Source: an uncultured Syntrophaceae bacterium (GTDB lineage: Bacteria > Desulfobacterota > Syntrophia > Syntrophales > UBA2210). From it: a stretch of DNA of 37,091 nt. Every line of letters starts with the position of its first letter. Within the stretch, counting starts at the first letter, position 1. Under the pieces are notes generated by a model. It searched no databases. It was not told the DNA's origin and saw only the letters and a list, made by a program, of their open reading frames with translations. Positions 19,440 through 31,179 of the stretch are shown in pieces. The stretch is from contig CAZAST010000001.1 of assembly GCA_964487805.1 (NCBI GenBank), forward strand, positions 1 to 37,091. Reading direction: 5' to 3'. A program made the translations under genes and the position numbers.

Positions 19440-21252
19440 TCCACGGAAGTTCAGAAAGAAACTCCGCGCTTTCACATGGCTTGTGCTGTGCGCTTTCTTT
19501 CTCCTGATTGCCAGGATGTGGTATCTTCAGATCGTCAAGGGGGATGCTCTCAGGCAGAGGTCTGAAAGCAACCGGATCCGTATACAGGAGATTAAACCTC
19601 TCAGAGGGTTGATTGTGGATAGCCGGGGGGACATACTGGTGAATAATCAGTCCTCCTTTGACATATCCCTTATCCCTGAAATTGCGAAAAATCCCGAGGA
19701 TGTGAGAGACAGACTGGCGGGATTGTTTGATCAGGGTGATAAAAGTCTCTTCCTTGAGGAAACCACCCTTAAGTCTCCGAAGCCTTTTGTCCCTGTTAAG
19801 GTGGCCCGGAATATCGGGAGGGATAAACTGGCGGTGGTGGAATCTCATGTCCTGAATCTCCCCGGCGTGGTTGTGGATATTGTCCCGGTGCGGGAATATA
19901 TATATGGGGAAATGGTTGCCCATCTCCTCGGGTATGTGGGGGGGATAAGTGCGTCGGAGTTGGACCGGGATACGTCTGTCCCGTACCGGGCGGACGATGT
20001 GGTGGGGAAGTACGGAATTGAAAAATATCTGGATGGTGTGCTCAAGGGGAAAAGCGGCGGAGAGCAGGTGGAGGTGGATGCGGCCGGGAGAAGATTGAAT
20101 GTGCTGGGGAGGGTTGATCCGGTTTCCGGACATACAATCGTCCTCAATATCGATTCCGATCTTCAGATGATGTGCTGGGATGCATTGAAGGAGCAGGCCG
20201 GGACGGTGGTTGTCATGGAACCGCATACCGGAGCGGTTCTGGCGATGGTAAGCAGACCATCCTTTGATCCCAATCTGTTTAATCGCGGGATATCGGAACA
20301 GGGTTGGAAGGAGTTGACGGATGATCCCCTGTGCCCCTTGCAGAACAGGGCAATCTCCGGGCAATATCCCCCGGGATCCACCTATAAATTGTTCGTAGCC
20401 GCGGCGGCCCTTGAAGAAGGTTTGATAACGGAGAATACGGAGGTATGGTGCAACGGCACCTACCCGATGGGAAATCGAACATTCAGGTGCTGGAAGAAGC
20501 GAGGCCATGGAACCGTCGATTTGCACCGCGCCATTGTGGAATCCTGTGACGTCTATTTTTACCATCTGGGGGATTTGCTTGGCGTTGATACACTGGCGGA
20601 GTATGCAAACGCCTTTGGATTCGGATCCGGCACAGGCATATCCCTTCCCGGGGAAAAAAGCGGGCTGGTCCCCACACGGGAATGGAAGCTGAGACGGTTC
20701 GGAGAGCCCTGGCAGAGAGGTGAAACCACCTCACTTGCGATAGGACAGGGATTCGCCCTGGCGACTCCGCTCCAACTTCTCCGAGCTTATTGCGCGCTGG
20801 CGAACGGAGGTATCCTTTACAAACCATGGCTGGTAAAGAGGATTGAGACGGCTGATGGGCAGACGGTACAAGAGATTCCTCCGGAAGTGGAAGGGGTTGT
20901 TCCGGTCAGCAGGAGAAATCTGGATATCTTGAGATACGCACTATGGGGAGTAGTGAATGAACCCCACGGCACGGGAGGCGTGCTGAAGCGGAAGGAACAG
21001 GATGTGTGTGGCAAGACGGGAACAGCTCAGGTCATAAGCCTCCCGGATGATGAGGCGGATCAGAAAGGTGAAATCCCGTATCGGTTCAGGGATCATGCCT
21101 TGTTCGTCTGCTTCGCGCCGTACACGGACCCCAGGGTGGCCGTTATGGTTGTGGTGGAACATGGTGGGCACGGCGGATCGGCTGCCGCTCCCATCGCGCG
21201 CAGAGTCATTGACGGCTACTTTCGTCTTGCGCAGGAGCGGGGAGTGAAATGA
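19405..21252 (+). CDS. mrdA: penicillin-binding protein 2 (elongasome transpeptidase)
   Basis: Has an N-terminal anchor and the transpeptidase motifs STYK (SxxK), SCD (SxD, as in PBP2) and KTGTA (KTG). It starts at a GTG overlapping the end of mreD. Confidence 0.92.
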   Translation: MFGNRDYLTNYDPRKFRKKLRAFTWLVLCAFFLLIARMWYLQIVKGDALRQRSESNRIRIQEIKPLRGLIVDSRGDILVNNQSSFDISLIPEIAKNPEDVRDRLAGLFDQGDKSLFLEETTLKSPKPFVPVKVARNIGRDKLAVVESHVLNLPGVVVDIVPVREYIYGEMVAHLLGYVGGISASELDRDTSVPYRADDVVGKYGIEKYLDGVLKGKSGGEQVEVDAAGRRLNVLGRVDPVSGHTIVLNIDSDLQMMCWDALKEQAGTVVVMEPHTGAVLAMVSRPSFDPNLFNRGISEQGWKELTDDPLCPLQNRAISGQYPPGSTYKLFVAAAALEEGLITENTEVWCNGTYPMGNRTFRCWKKRGHGTVDLHRAIVESCDVYFYHLGDLLGVDTLAEYANAFGFGSGTGISLPGEKSGLVPTREWKLRRFGEPWQRGETTSLAIGQGFALATPLQLLRAYCALANGGILYKPWLVKRIETADGQTVQEIPPEVEGVVPVSRRNLDILRYALWGVVNEPHGTGGVLKRKEQDVCGKTGTAQVISLPDDEADQKGEIPYRFRDHALFVCFAPYTDPRVAVMVVVEHGGHGGSAAAPIARRVIDGYFRLAQERGVK

Positions 21253-22355
21253 AGATCGACCGCCGGCTGCTGATCAATTTCGACTGGTTCCTTCTGGTGA
21301 TGGTGCTTCTGATCAGTGCCATTGGCATCCTGAACATATACAGCGCGAGCCATAACCTGTACACAAAGGGGGAGCCTCTTTACACAAAACAGCTATACTG
21401 GCTTCTTGTGGGGCTTGTCCTCATGATCATCACCTTCAGCGTGGATTACCACACCATCATACGATATGCCTATCTTATTTATCTTTTTGGGATCGCTCTT
21501 CTTTTCCTTGTGACCCTGTACGGGAATATCACCCATGGTTCACAGAGGTGGCTGGTTTTGTGGGGATTTTCCTTTCAGCCGTCGGAATTGATGAAACTGA
21601 TCGTGATTATCGTCCTAGCGAGGTATTGTAATGATAACGCGCAGGACGGGTTTCGCGTAAGGAATCTTCTGGTTCTGCTTGTACTTGTGGGGCTTCCGTT
21701 TTATATGATAGCGTGGCAGCCTGATCTGGGGACAGCCATGTTTCTTGCGCTTCTCTTCGCTACGATAACGCTTTTCGTGGGGGTCGGCAGGAAGCTCATT
21801 CTATGGAGTGTGGTGGGCGGAATGGCGCTGGCACCAGTGGCATGGTTGTTTATTCTGAAGGATTATCAGAAGGAGCGGATTCTGACGTTTCTCAATCCTG
21901 ACCGTGACCCCCTTGGCACGGGGTATCACATTATACAGTCCATAATCGCTATCGGTTCCGGAAGTCTGTGGGGAAAAGGGTTTCTGAAGGGAACCCAGAC
22001 ACAGCTCAAGTTTCTCCCCGAGCAGCAGACGGATTTTGCCTTTTCCGTTTTCGCCGAGGAGTGGGGTTTCCTCGGGGTTGTTGTTCTGATCGTTATCTTT
22101 CTCGCCCTGCTATTGTGGGGCCTGCAGATTGCCCGAAACTCGAGGGATTTGCCTGGAACCTTACTGGCTTTTGGAGTGACAATGTTTGTTTTCTGGGGTA
22201 TATTTATCAATATCGGTATGGTCCTGGGCCTCTTCCCCGTCGTGGGGATCCCGCTCCCCTTTATCAGTTATGGAGGATCTTCACTGGTTGTGTTGCTGAT
22301 GGGAGTGGGTCTGCTGATGAACGTCAGCATGAGAAGATTTATACTCCAGCCGTGA
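21249..22355 (+). CDS. rodA: SEDS peptidoglycan glycosyltransferase RodA
   Basis: Ten-TM SEDS pattern with FLPEQQTDFAFSVFAEEWGF and PLPFISYGGSS. The ATG overlaps the mrdA stop. Confidence 0.93.
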   Translation: MKIDRRLLINFDWFLLVMVLLISAIGILNIYSASHNLYTKGEPLYTKQLYWLLVGLVLMIITFSVDYHTIIRYAYLIYLFGIALLFLVTLYGNITHGSQRWLVLWGFSFQPSELMKLIVIIVLARYCNDNAQDGFRVRNLLVLLVLVGLPFYMIAWQPDLGTAMFLALLFATITLFVGVGRKLILWSVVGGMALAPVAWLFILKDYQKERILTFLNPDRDPLGTGYHIIQSIIAIGSGSLWGKGFLKGTQTQLKFLPEQQTDFAFSVFAEEWGFLGVVVLIVIFLALLLWGLQIARNSRDLPGTLLAFGVTMFVFWGIFINIGMVLGLFPVVGIPLPFISYGGSSLVVLLMGVGLLMNVSMRRFILQP

Positions 22356-22492
22356 GGGACCGGAAAACCGCTCGGGCAAATGGCGGCATCCGGCCATGCG
22401 GGTGATACAAGCGGGAAGGCCTGACAGTCAGGGACTTATCTTCCTTATAGTTTTTTATTCCAGAAAGGTGGTTTACAGAGAGGAGATGTTCG

Positions 22493-22879
22493 ATGGCGGA
22501 CAAAAGAAGGGATGTCGGTGAGGATATAAAGGCCTTTTTGGGAAGAGGCGCGGAGTTCAACGGGAAACTGGTGCTGAATGGTTCCGTTAGGATCGATGGC
22601 GAGTTCAGGGGGGAAGCGATGGGAAGCGGGACGCTGTTCATCGGGGAAGGCGCCTATGCGGAAGCGGATATCGCCGTTGACAGTATCGTCATCTCCGGCG
22701 AGGTGCGCGGCAACCTTGATATCAAGGAAAAAACCGAGATTTCATCAACGGGGAGACTGGTGGGGAATGTCAAGACATCGGTCCTCGTGGTACGTGAGGG
22801 AGCGGTAATCGATGGCGCGTGCCGGATGTCGGGTGAGACGGATTCGGGCAAGAATGAGAATGAGACTATGACAAACTAA
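22493..22879 (+). CDS. bactofilin family cytoskeletal protein
   Basis: 128 aa with the bactofilin beta-helix repeat pattern (GKLVLNGSVRIDGEFRGE...IVISGEVRGNL...GRLVGNVKTSVLVVREGAVIDG). AGAGGAG lies upstream. Confidence 0.85.
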   Translation: MADKRRDVGEDIKAFLGRGAEFNGKLVLNGSVRIDGEFRGEAMGSGTLFIGEGAYAEADIAVDSIVISGEVRGNLDIKEKTEISSTGRLVGNVKTSVLVVREGAVIDGACRMSGETDSGKNENETMTN

Positions 22880-23085
22880 TCAACCCCTGCTGAGGAGACA
22901 CGGGATGAGAAGCTCATCTCCCGCGCATGGATGCGCCCCGCGTTATCGAGCGTGACCCCCGGTCAAAAAAGCCTTGACAAGGGTCCGGAGTTATGTTTAG
23001 TACCACCCGGTCCATGGCGGGCGCTGGCTCCCGAGGTTTCGGGCGCGTGATTTTTCACTATTTAACCAAGGGATGGTGAACGGTA

Positions 23086-23514
23086 GTGGTAGAACTGAAC
23101 TATACAGTTTGGATCCAGATGGCCAACTTCCTTGTGCTGATCCTGATTCTCAATTTCCTCCTCTACAAACCTGTCTTGAAGATCATAGAAAAAAGAAATC
23201 AGAAAATTGAAGATTCGAAAGAGAGGGTCCGGTCTCTCGACGAGACCATCGAACGCAAGATGGCCCAGTACGAGGAACAGATCCGTCAGGCACGGGCGGA
23301 GGCCGCTGCGCAGAGAGATGCGATCAGAGACGAGGGGGCGGAACAGGGAAAGGAAATCATTGGTGCGGTTCGGGAGGATATCTCCAGCCACTTGGAAAAA
23401 TTCAAGGTTCAGCTGCACGGGGAAACGGATGATGCAAGGGCCTCCCTCAGGGAGCAGACCCGCATGATAGCCCGCGAGATTTCCGAAAAGGTACTGGGAA
23501 GAGGTGTGCAATGA
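23086..23514 (+). CDS. atpF2: F-type ATP synthase subunit b-prime (second b-type stalk subunit)
   Basis: A single N-terminal TM (IQMANFLVLILILNFLLY) is followed by a long charged helix. It starts at a GTG and lies directly upstream of a second b-type gene. Confidence 0.78.
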   Translation: MVELNYTVWIQMANFLVLILILNFLLYKPVLKIIEKRNQKIEDSKERVRSLDETIERKMAQYEEQIRQARAEAAAQRDAIRDEGAEQGKEIIGAVREDISSHLEKFKVQLHGETDDARASLREQTRMIAREISEKVLGRGVQ

Positions 23515-24074
23515 AGCGATTTCTTTTCACTATAGCAATGGTTGTCATCCTCCCCGCGCTTGCTTACGCATCAGGCAACGGCGAAGCGCACGAAGGGGGG
23601 ATGGGCAACTTTTGGTGGAGAATGCTCAATTTCACCATCCTGGCCGTTGTTCTCTATAAGTTGTCAGCCAAGGCGATCGTGAATTTCTTCGTCGGGAACC
23701 GGGCTTCCATCAAAAATTCGCTGGACGATGCGGTGCAGGCAAAAGAGGAAGCCGAAAAAAAACTGGAGGAACATTCAGCCAGACTGGATAAGGCGACGGC
23801 GGAGATAGCGGGCATCGCCGATATGATCAAGGCGCAGGGACTCGCTGAGAAAGAGAAGATCATAGAAGAAGCAAAAAGAACCGCCGAAAAAATGAAAGAG
23901 GATTCGGAAGCCAGGGTTGAACAGGAATTCAAGAGGGCCCTTCATCAGCTCAGGAGGGAGGCAACCGAACTATCCGTTACTATGGCCGAAGAGATTCTCG
24001 CGAAGAATATCCAGGCGGAAGATCACGAGAAGATGGTCAACGATTTCTTAGACAGGATGGTGAGCCGAAATTGA
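23511..24074 (+). CDS. atpF: F-type ATP synthase subunit b
   Basis: An N-terminal hydrophobic leader plus one TM (FWWRMLNFTILAVVLY) precede a long E/K/A-rich helix. It overlaps both neighbours by 4 nt. Confidence 0.85.
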   Translation: MKRFLFTIAMVVILPALAYASGNGEAHEGGMGNFWWRMLNFTILAVVLYKLSAKAIVNFFVGNRASIKNSLDDAVQAKEEAEKKLEEHSARLDKATAEIAGIADMIKAQGLAEKEKIIEEAKRTAEKMKEDSEARVEQEFKRALHQLRREATELSVTMAEEILAKNIQAEDHEKMVNDFLDRMVSRN

Positions 24075-24616
24075 TTGGAAGCGATATTGCCAAGAGATAC
24101 GCCAAGGCGCTGTTTGACATAGCGCAAGAGGAAAATGCCATAGAAGCCATATACGGTGAGCTGAAGGGCTTCTCTTCTCTGCTGGCCGGGAGTGCGGACT
24201 TGACGGATTTCTTTGCCAATCCCGTCTTTGACAGTGCCGACAAGGCGGCGGTGATGGGAGAAATCATCAAAGAAATTAAAGTTTCCGTCACCACTTCCAA
24301 TTTTCTGAAACTGCTGGTGGACAAGAGGAGAATCAATGCCATCGGACAGATTGAAGAATGTTATCGAAGGTATATGGATGAGGTCTTGAACAAGGTACGT
24401 GTTGAGGTAAAAACGGCATTCCCGCTGTCGAGCGAGCTTTCCGAACGAATCAAGAAACAGATGGAGGGTTTAACCGGAAAGAACGTTGATATGGTTATTA
24501 ATGAAGATCCTTCATTGCTGGGAGGGGTTGTGATCGGGGTCGGTGATACCCTGTACGATGGCAGTATTCGGGCCCAACTGAACAGCATACGGGAACTCAT
24601 AAAGGAGGATATGTAA
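24071..24616 (+). CDS. atpH: F-type ATP synthase subunit delta (OSCP)
   Basis: Starts IAKRYAKALFDIA, which is OSCP-like, and ends GGVVIGVGDTLYDGSIRAQL. The TTG start overlaps the atpF stop (TTGA). Confidence 0.85.
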   Translation: MIGSDIAKRYAKALFDIAQEENAIEAIYGELKGFSSLLAGSADLTDFFANPVFDSADKAAVMGEIIKEIKVSVTTSNFLKLLVDKRRINAIGQIEECYRRYMDEVLNKVRVEVKTAFPLSSELSERIKKQMEGLTGKNVDMVINEDPSLLGGVVIGVGDTLYDGSIRAQLNSIRELIKEDM

Positions 24617-24619
24617 GGG

Positions 24620-26134
24620 ATGGATGCAATCAGGGCAGAGGAAATAACCCAGGTAATTTCCAAGCAGATCAAGGATTATGAGAAAAAACTGGATGTGAGC
24701 GAGATCGGCACCGTCCTGTCGGTCGGTGATGGTATTGCCCGAGTGTACGGCGTGGAAAATGCCATGGCCATGGAACTCCTCGAGTTCCCCGGCGGCATAC
24801 TGGGCATGGTTCTCAACCTCGAGCGGGACAACGTCGGTGTCGCCATCCTGGGTTCAGATATACATATCAAGGAAGGGGATGTGGTCAAGAGAACGGGCAA
24901 GATTGCGCAGATTCCCGTCGGTGAAGCCGTTCTCGGGCGCGTGATCGATGCCACGGGACAGCCCTTGGACGGAAAAGGACCCATCGAGACCGATACCTAC
25001 AGCAGAATCGAGGTGGTCGCCCCCGGTGTGATCCATCGGCAGCCGGTCAACCAGCCGCTGTACACCGGTCTGAAATCCATCGATGCCATGACCCCCATCG
25101 GTCGGGGGCAGCGCGAACTGATCATCGGGGACCGCCAGATCGGCAAGACGGCGATCTGCGTCGACGCCATCATCAGACAGAAGAATACCGGCATCAAGTG
25201 CATCTATGTGGCGATCGGACAGAAAAAATCGACCGTGGCGCAGGTGGTTGAGGTTTTGAGAAAGCATGACGCCATGGATTATACCTGTGTTGTTTCCGCC
25301 TGCGCGAGCGACCCGGGGACGCTGCAGTACATTGCCGCCTTCGCAGGGTGCAGCATCGGCGAGTACTTCAGGGACAGAGAGCAGGACGCCCTGATCATTT
25401 ACGACGATCTCTCCAAACAGGCCGTGGCCTACCGGCAGATATCGCTGCTTCTGCGACGACCCCCCGGACGCGAGGCATACCCGGGAGACATCTTTTATAA
25501 TCACTCCCGGCTGCTGGAACGTGCCGCCCGGGTAAGCAAGGAACGGGGCGGCGGTTCCCTCACGGCCCTTCCCATCATCGAGACCCAGGCAGGGGACGTC
25601 TCCGCCTTTATCCCGACGAACGTTATCTCCATTACCGATGGTCAGGTCTTTCTCGAGCCGGATTTGTTCTACGCCGGTGTCAGACCCGCGATCAATGTCG
25701 GTATCTCCGTTTCCCGGGTCGGGGGCGCAGCACAGGTGAAGGCGATGAAACAGGTCGCCGGCACACTGAAACTCGATCTGGCGCAGTACCGGGAACTGGC
25801 CTCCTTTGCTCAGTTCGGAAGCGACCTTGACAAGGCGACCCAGGCTCAGCTGGAACGGGGGGGGAGGCTCGTCGAGATCCTGAAGCAACCCCAGTATCAG
25901 CCCATGTCCCTTGCCCAGCAGGTCGTGGTTCTCTACGCGGGGGTTAGAGGGTTCATCGACAAGTATCCCATAGAAAAGATCAAGGAATATGAGAAACAGC
26001 TCTTGAGTTTCATGGGCACCAAGCACCAGGATGTCCTGGACGAGATCGATGAAAAACAGGAGCTGAAACCCGATCTTGATGACAAAATCAAGAGTGTCTT
26101 GACGGAGTTTGATTCCGTGTTTGCCTCCGCTTAG
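24620..26134 (+). CDS. atpA: F-type ATP synthase subunit alpha
   Basis: 504 aa with Walker A GDRQIGKT and highly conserved alpha-subunit sequence throughout. Confidence 0.97.
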   Translation: MDAIRAEEITQVISKQIKDYEKKLDVSEIGTVLSVGDGIARVYGVENAMAMELLEFPGGILGMVLNLERDNVGVAILGSDIHIKEGDVVKRTGKIAQIPVGEAVLGRVIDATGQPLDGKGPIETDTYSRIEVVAPGVIHRQPVNQPLYTGLKSIDAMTPIGRGQRELIIGDRQIGKTAICVDAIIRQKNTGIKCIYVAIGQKKSTVAQVVEVLRKHDAMDYTCVVSACASDPGTLQYIAAFAGCSIGEYFRDREQDALIIYDDLSKQAVAYRQISLLLRRPPGREAYPGDIFYNHSRLLERAARVSKERGGGSLTALPIIETQAGDVSAFIPTNVISITDGQVFLEPDLFYAGVRPAINVGISVSRVGGAAQVKAMKQVAGTLKLDLAQYRELASFAQFGSDLDKATQAQLERGGRLVEILKQPQYQPMSLAQQVVVLYAGVRGFIDKYPIEKIKEYEKQLLSFMGTKHQDVLDEIDEKQELKPDLDDKIKSVLTEFDSVFASA

Positions 26135-26191
26135 AGAAACAGACATCCGGATGGTTGATAATCCGGGCGGGGCATCGAGGAGTATGTTGTA

Positions 26192-28524
<2,333 letters not shown>

Positions 28525-28540
28525 GCCGGAGGACTGTCGG

Positions 28541-28948
28541 ATGCATGATGAACTGTTGTTGGAGATCGTAACGCCCGATCGCCTGGCCTTCAGCGATGTC
28601 GTGGAAGAGGTGACGTTGCCCGGGGTTGAGGGAGAATTCGGGGTGTTGATCGGTCACGTGCCCTTTCTGAGTTCCATCAAGGTCGGAGAGCTTAACTATA
28701 CCAGGGACAACAAAAAAACATATTATCTTGTGGGGGAGGGATACGCCGAAATCACGGGTCTCAAGGCAACCGTTCTTGTTGAATCCATTGAGGAGGCCTC
28801 TTCCATAGTAGAGGAAGAAGCCAAAGAGAAACTGGAAGCCGCTCAGGCCAGATTGGTCCCGTTGAGCAAGGATGATCCTGATTTTGAAAAAGCAAAGAAA
28901 GCCTTGGATATCGCCGAAACAAGGCTGAAGATTGCGGAGAAGGCGTAG
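28541..28948 (+). CDS. atpC: F-type ATP synthase subunit epsilon
   Basis: 135 aa with a beta-sandwich N-terminus (LEIVTPDRLAFSDVVEEVTLPGVEGEFGVL) and a helical C-terminus. GGAGGA lies upstream. Confidence 0.92.
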   Translation: MHDELLLEIVTPDRLAFSDVVEEVTLPGVEGEFGVLIGHVPFLSSIKVGELNYTRDNKKTYYLVGEGYAEITGLKATVLVESIEEASSIVEEEAKEKLEAAQARLVPLSKDDPDFEKAKKALDIAETRLKIAEKA

Positions 28949-29071
28949 AAAGCACTTCAGTTAAAACTCATCATGTCCGCTGTGCCGCAGGCGAGTGTAA
29001 TCATCACGTTGGCGGTCCATTTCTCGTACCTGTCCTGATTTCTTGCGATAAGAGCCGACGGAGGGGGGCTC

Positions 29072-30556
29072 ATGAAGAGTGCAAGGGAGGGATTGCCGGG
29101 TGTTCTTATCCATGCTTCCCTGATTGCTGTATTCTTCCTGGTTTTTACCGATTCTGCCGGAGCGGCAGAGGCCGCATCCCATTGCGAACACGACATCGGG
29201 GGGGCGCTTCCTGTCTGGACCGCTCTTCCCTTTGCGGGGATTCTTCTGTCCATCGCCCTCTGCCCGCTTCTCATGCCCCATTTCTGGCATAACCACTTTG
29301 GAAAAATCTCCGCCCTCTGGGCAGTTCTCTTTGCCGCGCCCTTTCTCTTTTTCTATCAGCATGTGGCGGTGTATCACATCCTTCATATATACCTCATAGA
29401 CTATATCCCCTTTATTATCCTTTTGTGGGGGCTCTTTACCATCGCCGGGGGGATCGTCATCCGGGGTTCGCTGAAGGGGACCCCCGCGCTCAACACCATC
29501 CTGCTTTTGATCGGCACGATGCTGGCCTCGTGCGTGGGAACGACGGGGGCGGCCATGGTCATGATCCGTCCCGTTCTCAGAGCGAACAAGGACCGCCTGA
29601 AGAAGACGCATGTCGTCTGCTTCTTCATATTTCTCGTGGCGAATATCGGCGGTTCTCTTACGCCGCTCGGCGATCCACCCCTGTTCCTTGGCTTCCTCCA
29701 CAATGTCCCCTTTTTCTGGGTAACAACCAACATCCTCCTCCATATGCTCGTCTCGTCCGTGATACTGCTGGCACTCTTTTTTATCATTGACAGCCTGTTT
29801 TATCGGCGTGAGAAGGGGAGACAGGGGAAAAGCGAGCCTGAAGAAGAAAAGGTTCCCTTCAAGATAGAAGGAACTGTCAACTTTCTTTTTCTCCTGGGAG
29901 TGGTCAGTCTCGTCCTGATGAGCGGGTACTGGAAACCGGGACACTTCATGCTGTTAGATGTGCACGTGGAATATCAGAATATCCTGAGGGATGTGGGTAT
30001 TATAGCGATGGGCGTTCTTTCCCTGATCTTCACGTCCAGGCAATTGCGGGAGGCCAATGACTTCAGCTGGTTTCCAATAATGGAAGTAGCAAAGCTGTTT
30101 GCCGGCATCTTTATGACGATCATTCCGGCGCTGGCGATACTGAAGGCGGGGAGTGCGGGGGCCCTGTCCGGGCTTGTGGCCATCGTCCGGGAGCCGTATC
30201 ATTACTTCTGGGTCACCGGCGCTCTTTCGTCGTTCCTCGACAACGCGCCTACCTACCTCACGTTTTTCAACCTGGCTCTCGGAAAACTGTGCATCACGGA
30301 ATCGGCCGTTCCGGCGGCCCTTGCGGCAGGGGAGGCCACGGCCAACCCAGAGTTTATCCTGTACCTGAAGGCCATCTCCGCGGGCGCCGTTTTTATGGGG
30401 GCAAATACCTACATCGGCAATGCCCCGAACTTTATGGTCAAGTCAATCGCTGAAGAAGCCGGGATCAACATGCCGAGCTTCTTCGGATACATGATAAAAT
30501 ACTCAATACCCATCCTCATTCCCGTGTTTGTTCTCGTCACCTTCATATTCTTTTAA
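29072..30556 (+). CDS. ArsB/NhaD (citrate-transporter-like) superfamily permease, putative Na+/H+ antiporter-type
   Basis: 494-aa polytopic membrane protein. Its pattern (ALPFAGILLSIALCPLLMPHFWHNHFGKI, repeated hydrophobic hairpins, C-terminal NAPNFMVKSIAEEAG) fits this permease class. The substrate cannot be assigned from sequence. Confidence 0.7.
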   Translation: MKSAREGLPGVLIHASLIAVFFLVFTDSAGAAEAASHCEHDIGGALPVWTALPFAGILLSIALCPLLMPHFWHNHFGKISALWAVLFAAPFLFFYQHVAVYHILHIYLIDYIPFIILLWGLFTIAGGIVIRGSLKGTPALNTILLLIGTMLASCVGTTGAAMVMIRPVLRANKDRLKKTHVVCFFIFLVANIGGSLTPLGDPPLFLGFLHNVPFFWVTTNILLHMLVSSVILLALFFIIDSLFYRREKGRQGKSEPEEEKVPFKIEGTVNFLFLLGVVSLVLMSGYWKPGHFMLLDVHVEYQNILRDVGIIAMGVLSLIFTSRQLREANDFSWFPIMEVAKLFAGIFMTIIPALAILKAGSAGALSGLVAIVREPYHYFWVTGALSSFLDNAPTYLTFFNLALGKLCITESAVPAALAAGEATANPEFILYLKAISAGAVFMGANTYIGNAPNFMVKSIAEEAGINMPSFFGYMIKYSIPILIPVFVLVTFIFF

Positions 30557-30593
30557 GGAGTGGGGAAAGGCACGGTGAGAAAGGCGTTTCGAC

Positions 30594-31175
30594 GTGAAGA
30601 GGGAATATTGCGAAGTGGTGTTAGAGGGATCGCTTGATCTCATGAAGGGATTTGTGGTGGGGGTCCTTGAGGGGAAGGGAATCCAGGGGGAGGCGATCTT
30701 CAGCGAGGATCACCATGTGGAGAATGAGAGCGCCTTCGGTCAGATGCTGCGCCTTATCAGCGGCAGGGGGAACCGTTTTCGCCTTATCATCGACACCGGT
30801 TTCTTTAAACTTTTCAAAGAGGCCCTGGAAAGGCGGAAAGACGAACTCGCCCTGAAGATTGTTTCTGAGAAGAGGACCAGGCAGGCCTCCTTCGGCTTCC
30901 GCTTCCGGGCCTACACGAGGGAACTGGGAGGCGAATTGAAAGCCTTGTTCGGGAATCCGCCCGAGGAACTCCGGGTGAAGGATTATAATCCCGCAGAGAA
31001 GGTCCTGCCCGAAGGAAAAGGGATGGAGGCGTACGCGCCCCTGCACGAATATGAGGTAAAAGCAACGGGAACCATCTATGGTCCTGTCAGGGATGTGATG
31101 GATTTCTACGGCAGGGTGGAACACTACGACATGGTGAAACTCGACAAGATAAAGCTGGAATACGAAGAGTCCTGA
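30594..31175 (+). CDS. hypothetical soluble protein (193 aa), unknown family
   Basis: The only long ORF in this interval. It begins 38 nt after the permease gene, co-directionally, at a GTG with GAGAAAGG upstream. No motif recognised. Confidence 0.6.
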   Translation: MKREYCEVVLEGSLDLMKGFVVGVLEGKGIQGEAIFSEDHHVENESAFGQMLRLISGRGNRFRLIIDTGFFKLFKEALERRKDELALKIVSEKRTRQASFGFRFRAYTRELGGELKALFGNPPEELRVKDYNPAEKVLPEGKGMEAYAPLHEYEVKATGTIYGPVRDVMDFYGRVEHYDMVKLDKIKLEYEES

Positions 31176-31179
31176 GCAG

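Noticed and set aside
19426-20565. 379-aa minus-strand ORF inside mrdA.
   Set aside because: Antisense shadow ORF. The plus-strand frame carries all the PBP2 motifs.
22974-23003. TTGACA box upstream of the ATP synthase operon considered as its promoter.
   Set aside because: No convincing -10 hexamer lies at 16-18 nt spacing (TTAGTA/TAGTAC at best). It is noted only as a possibility.
24854-26146. 430-aa minus-strand ORF inside atpA, and the 365-aa ORF 27097..28194 inside atpD.
   Set aside because: They are antisense to two of the most conserved proteins known, so they are shadow ORFs.
28961-29944. 327-aa minus-strand ORF opposite the permease gene.
   Set aside because: The translation is highly charged and Arg/Asp/Gly-rich. 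The plus strand encodes a coherent polytopic membrane protein with a good RBS.
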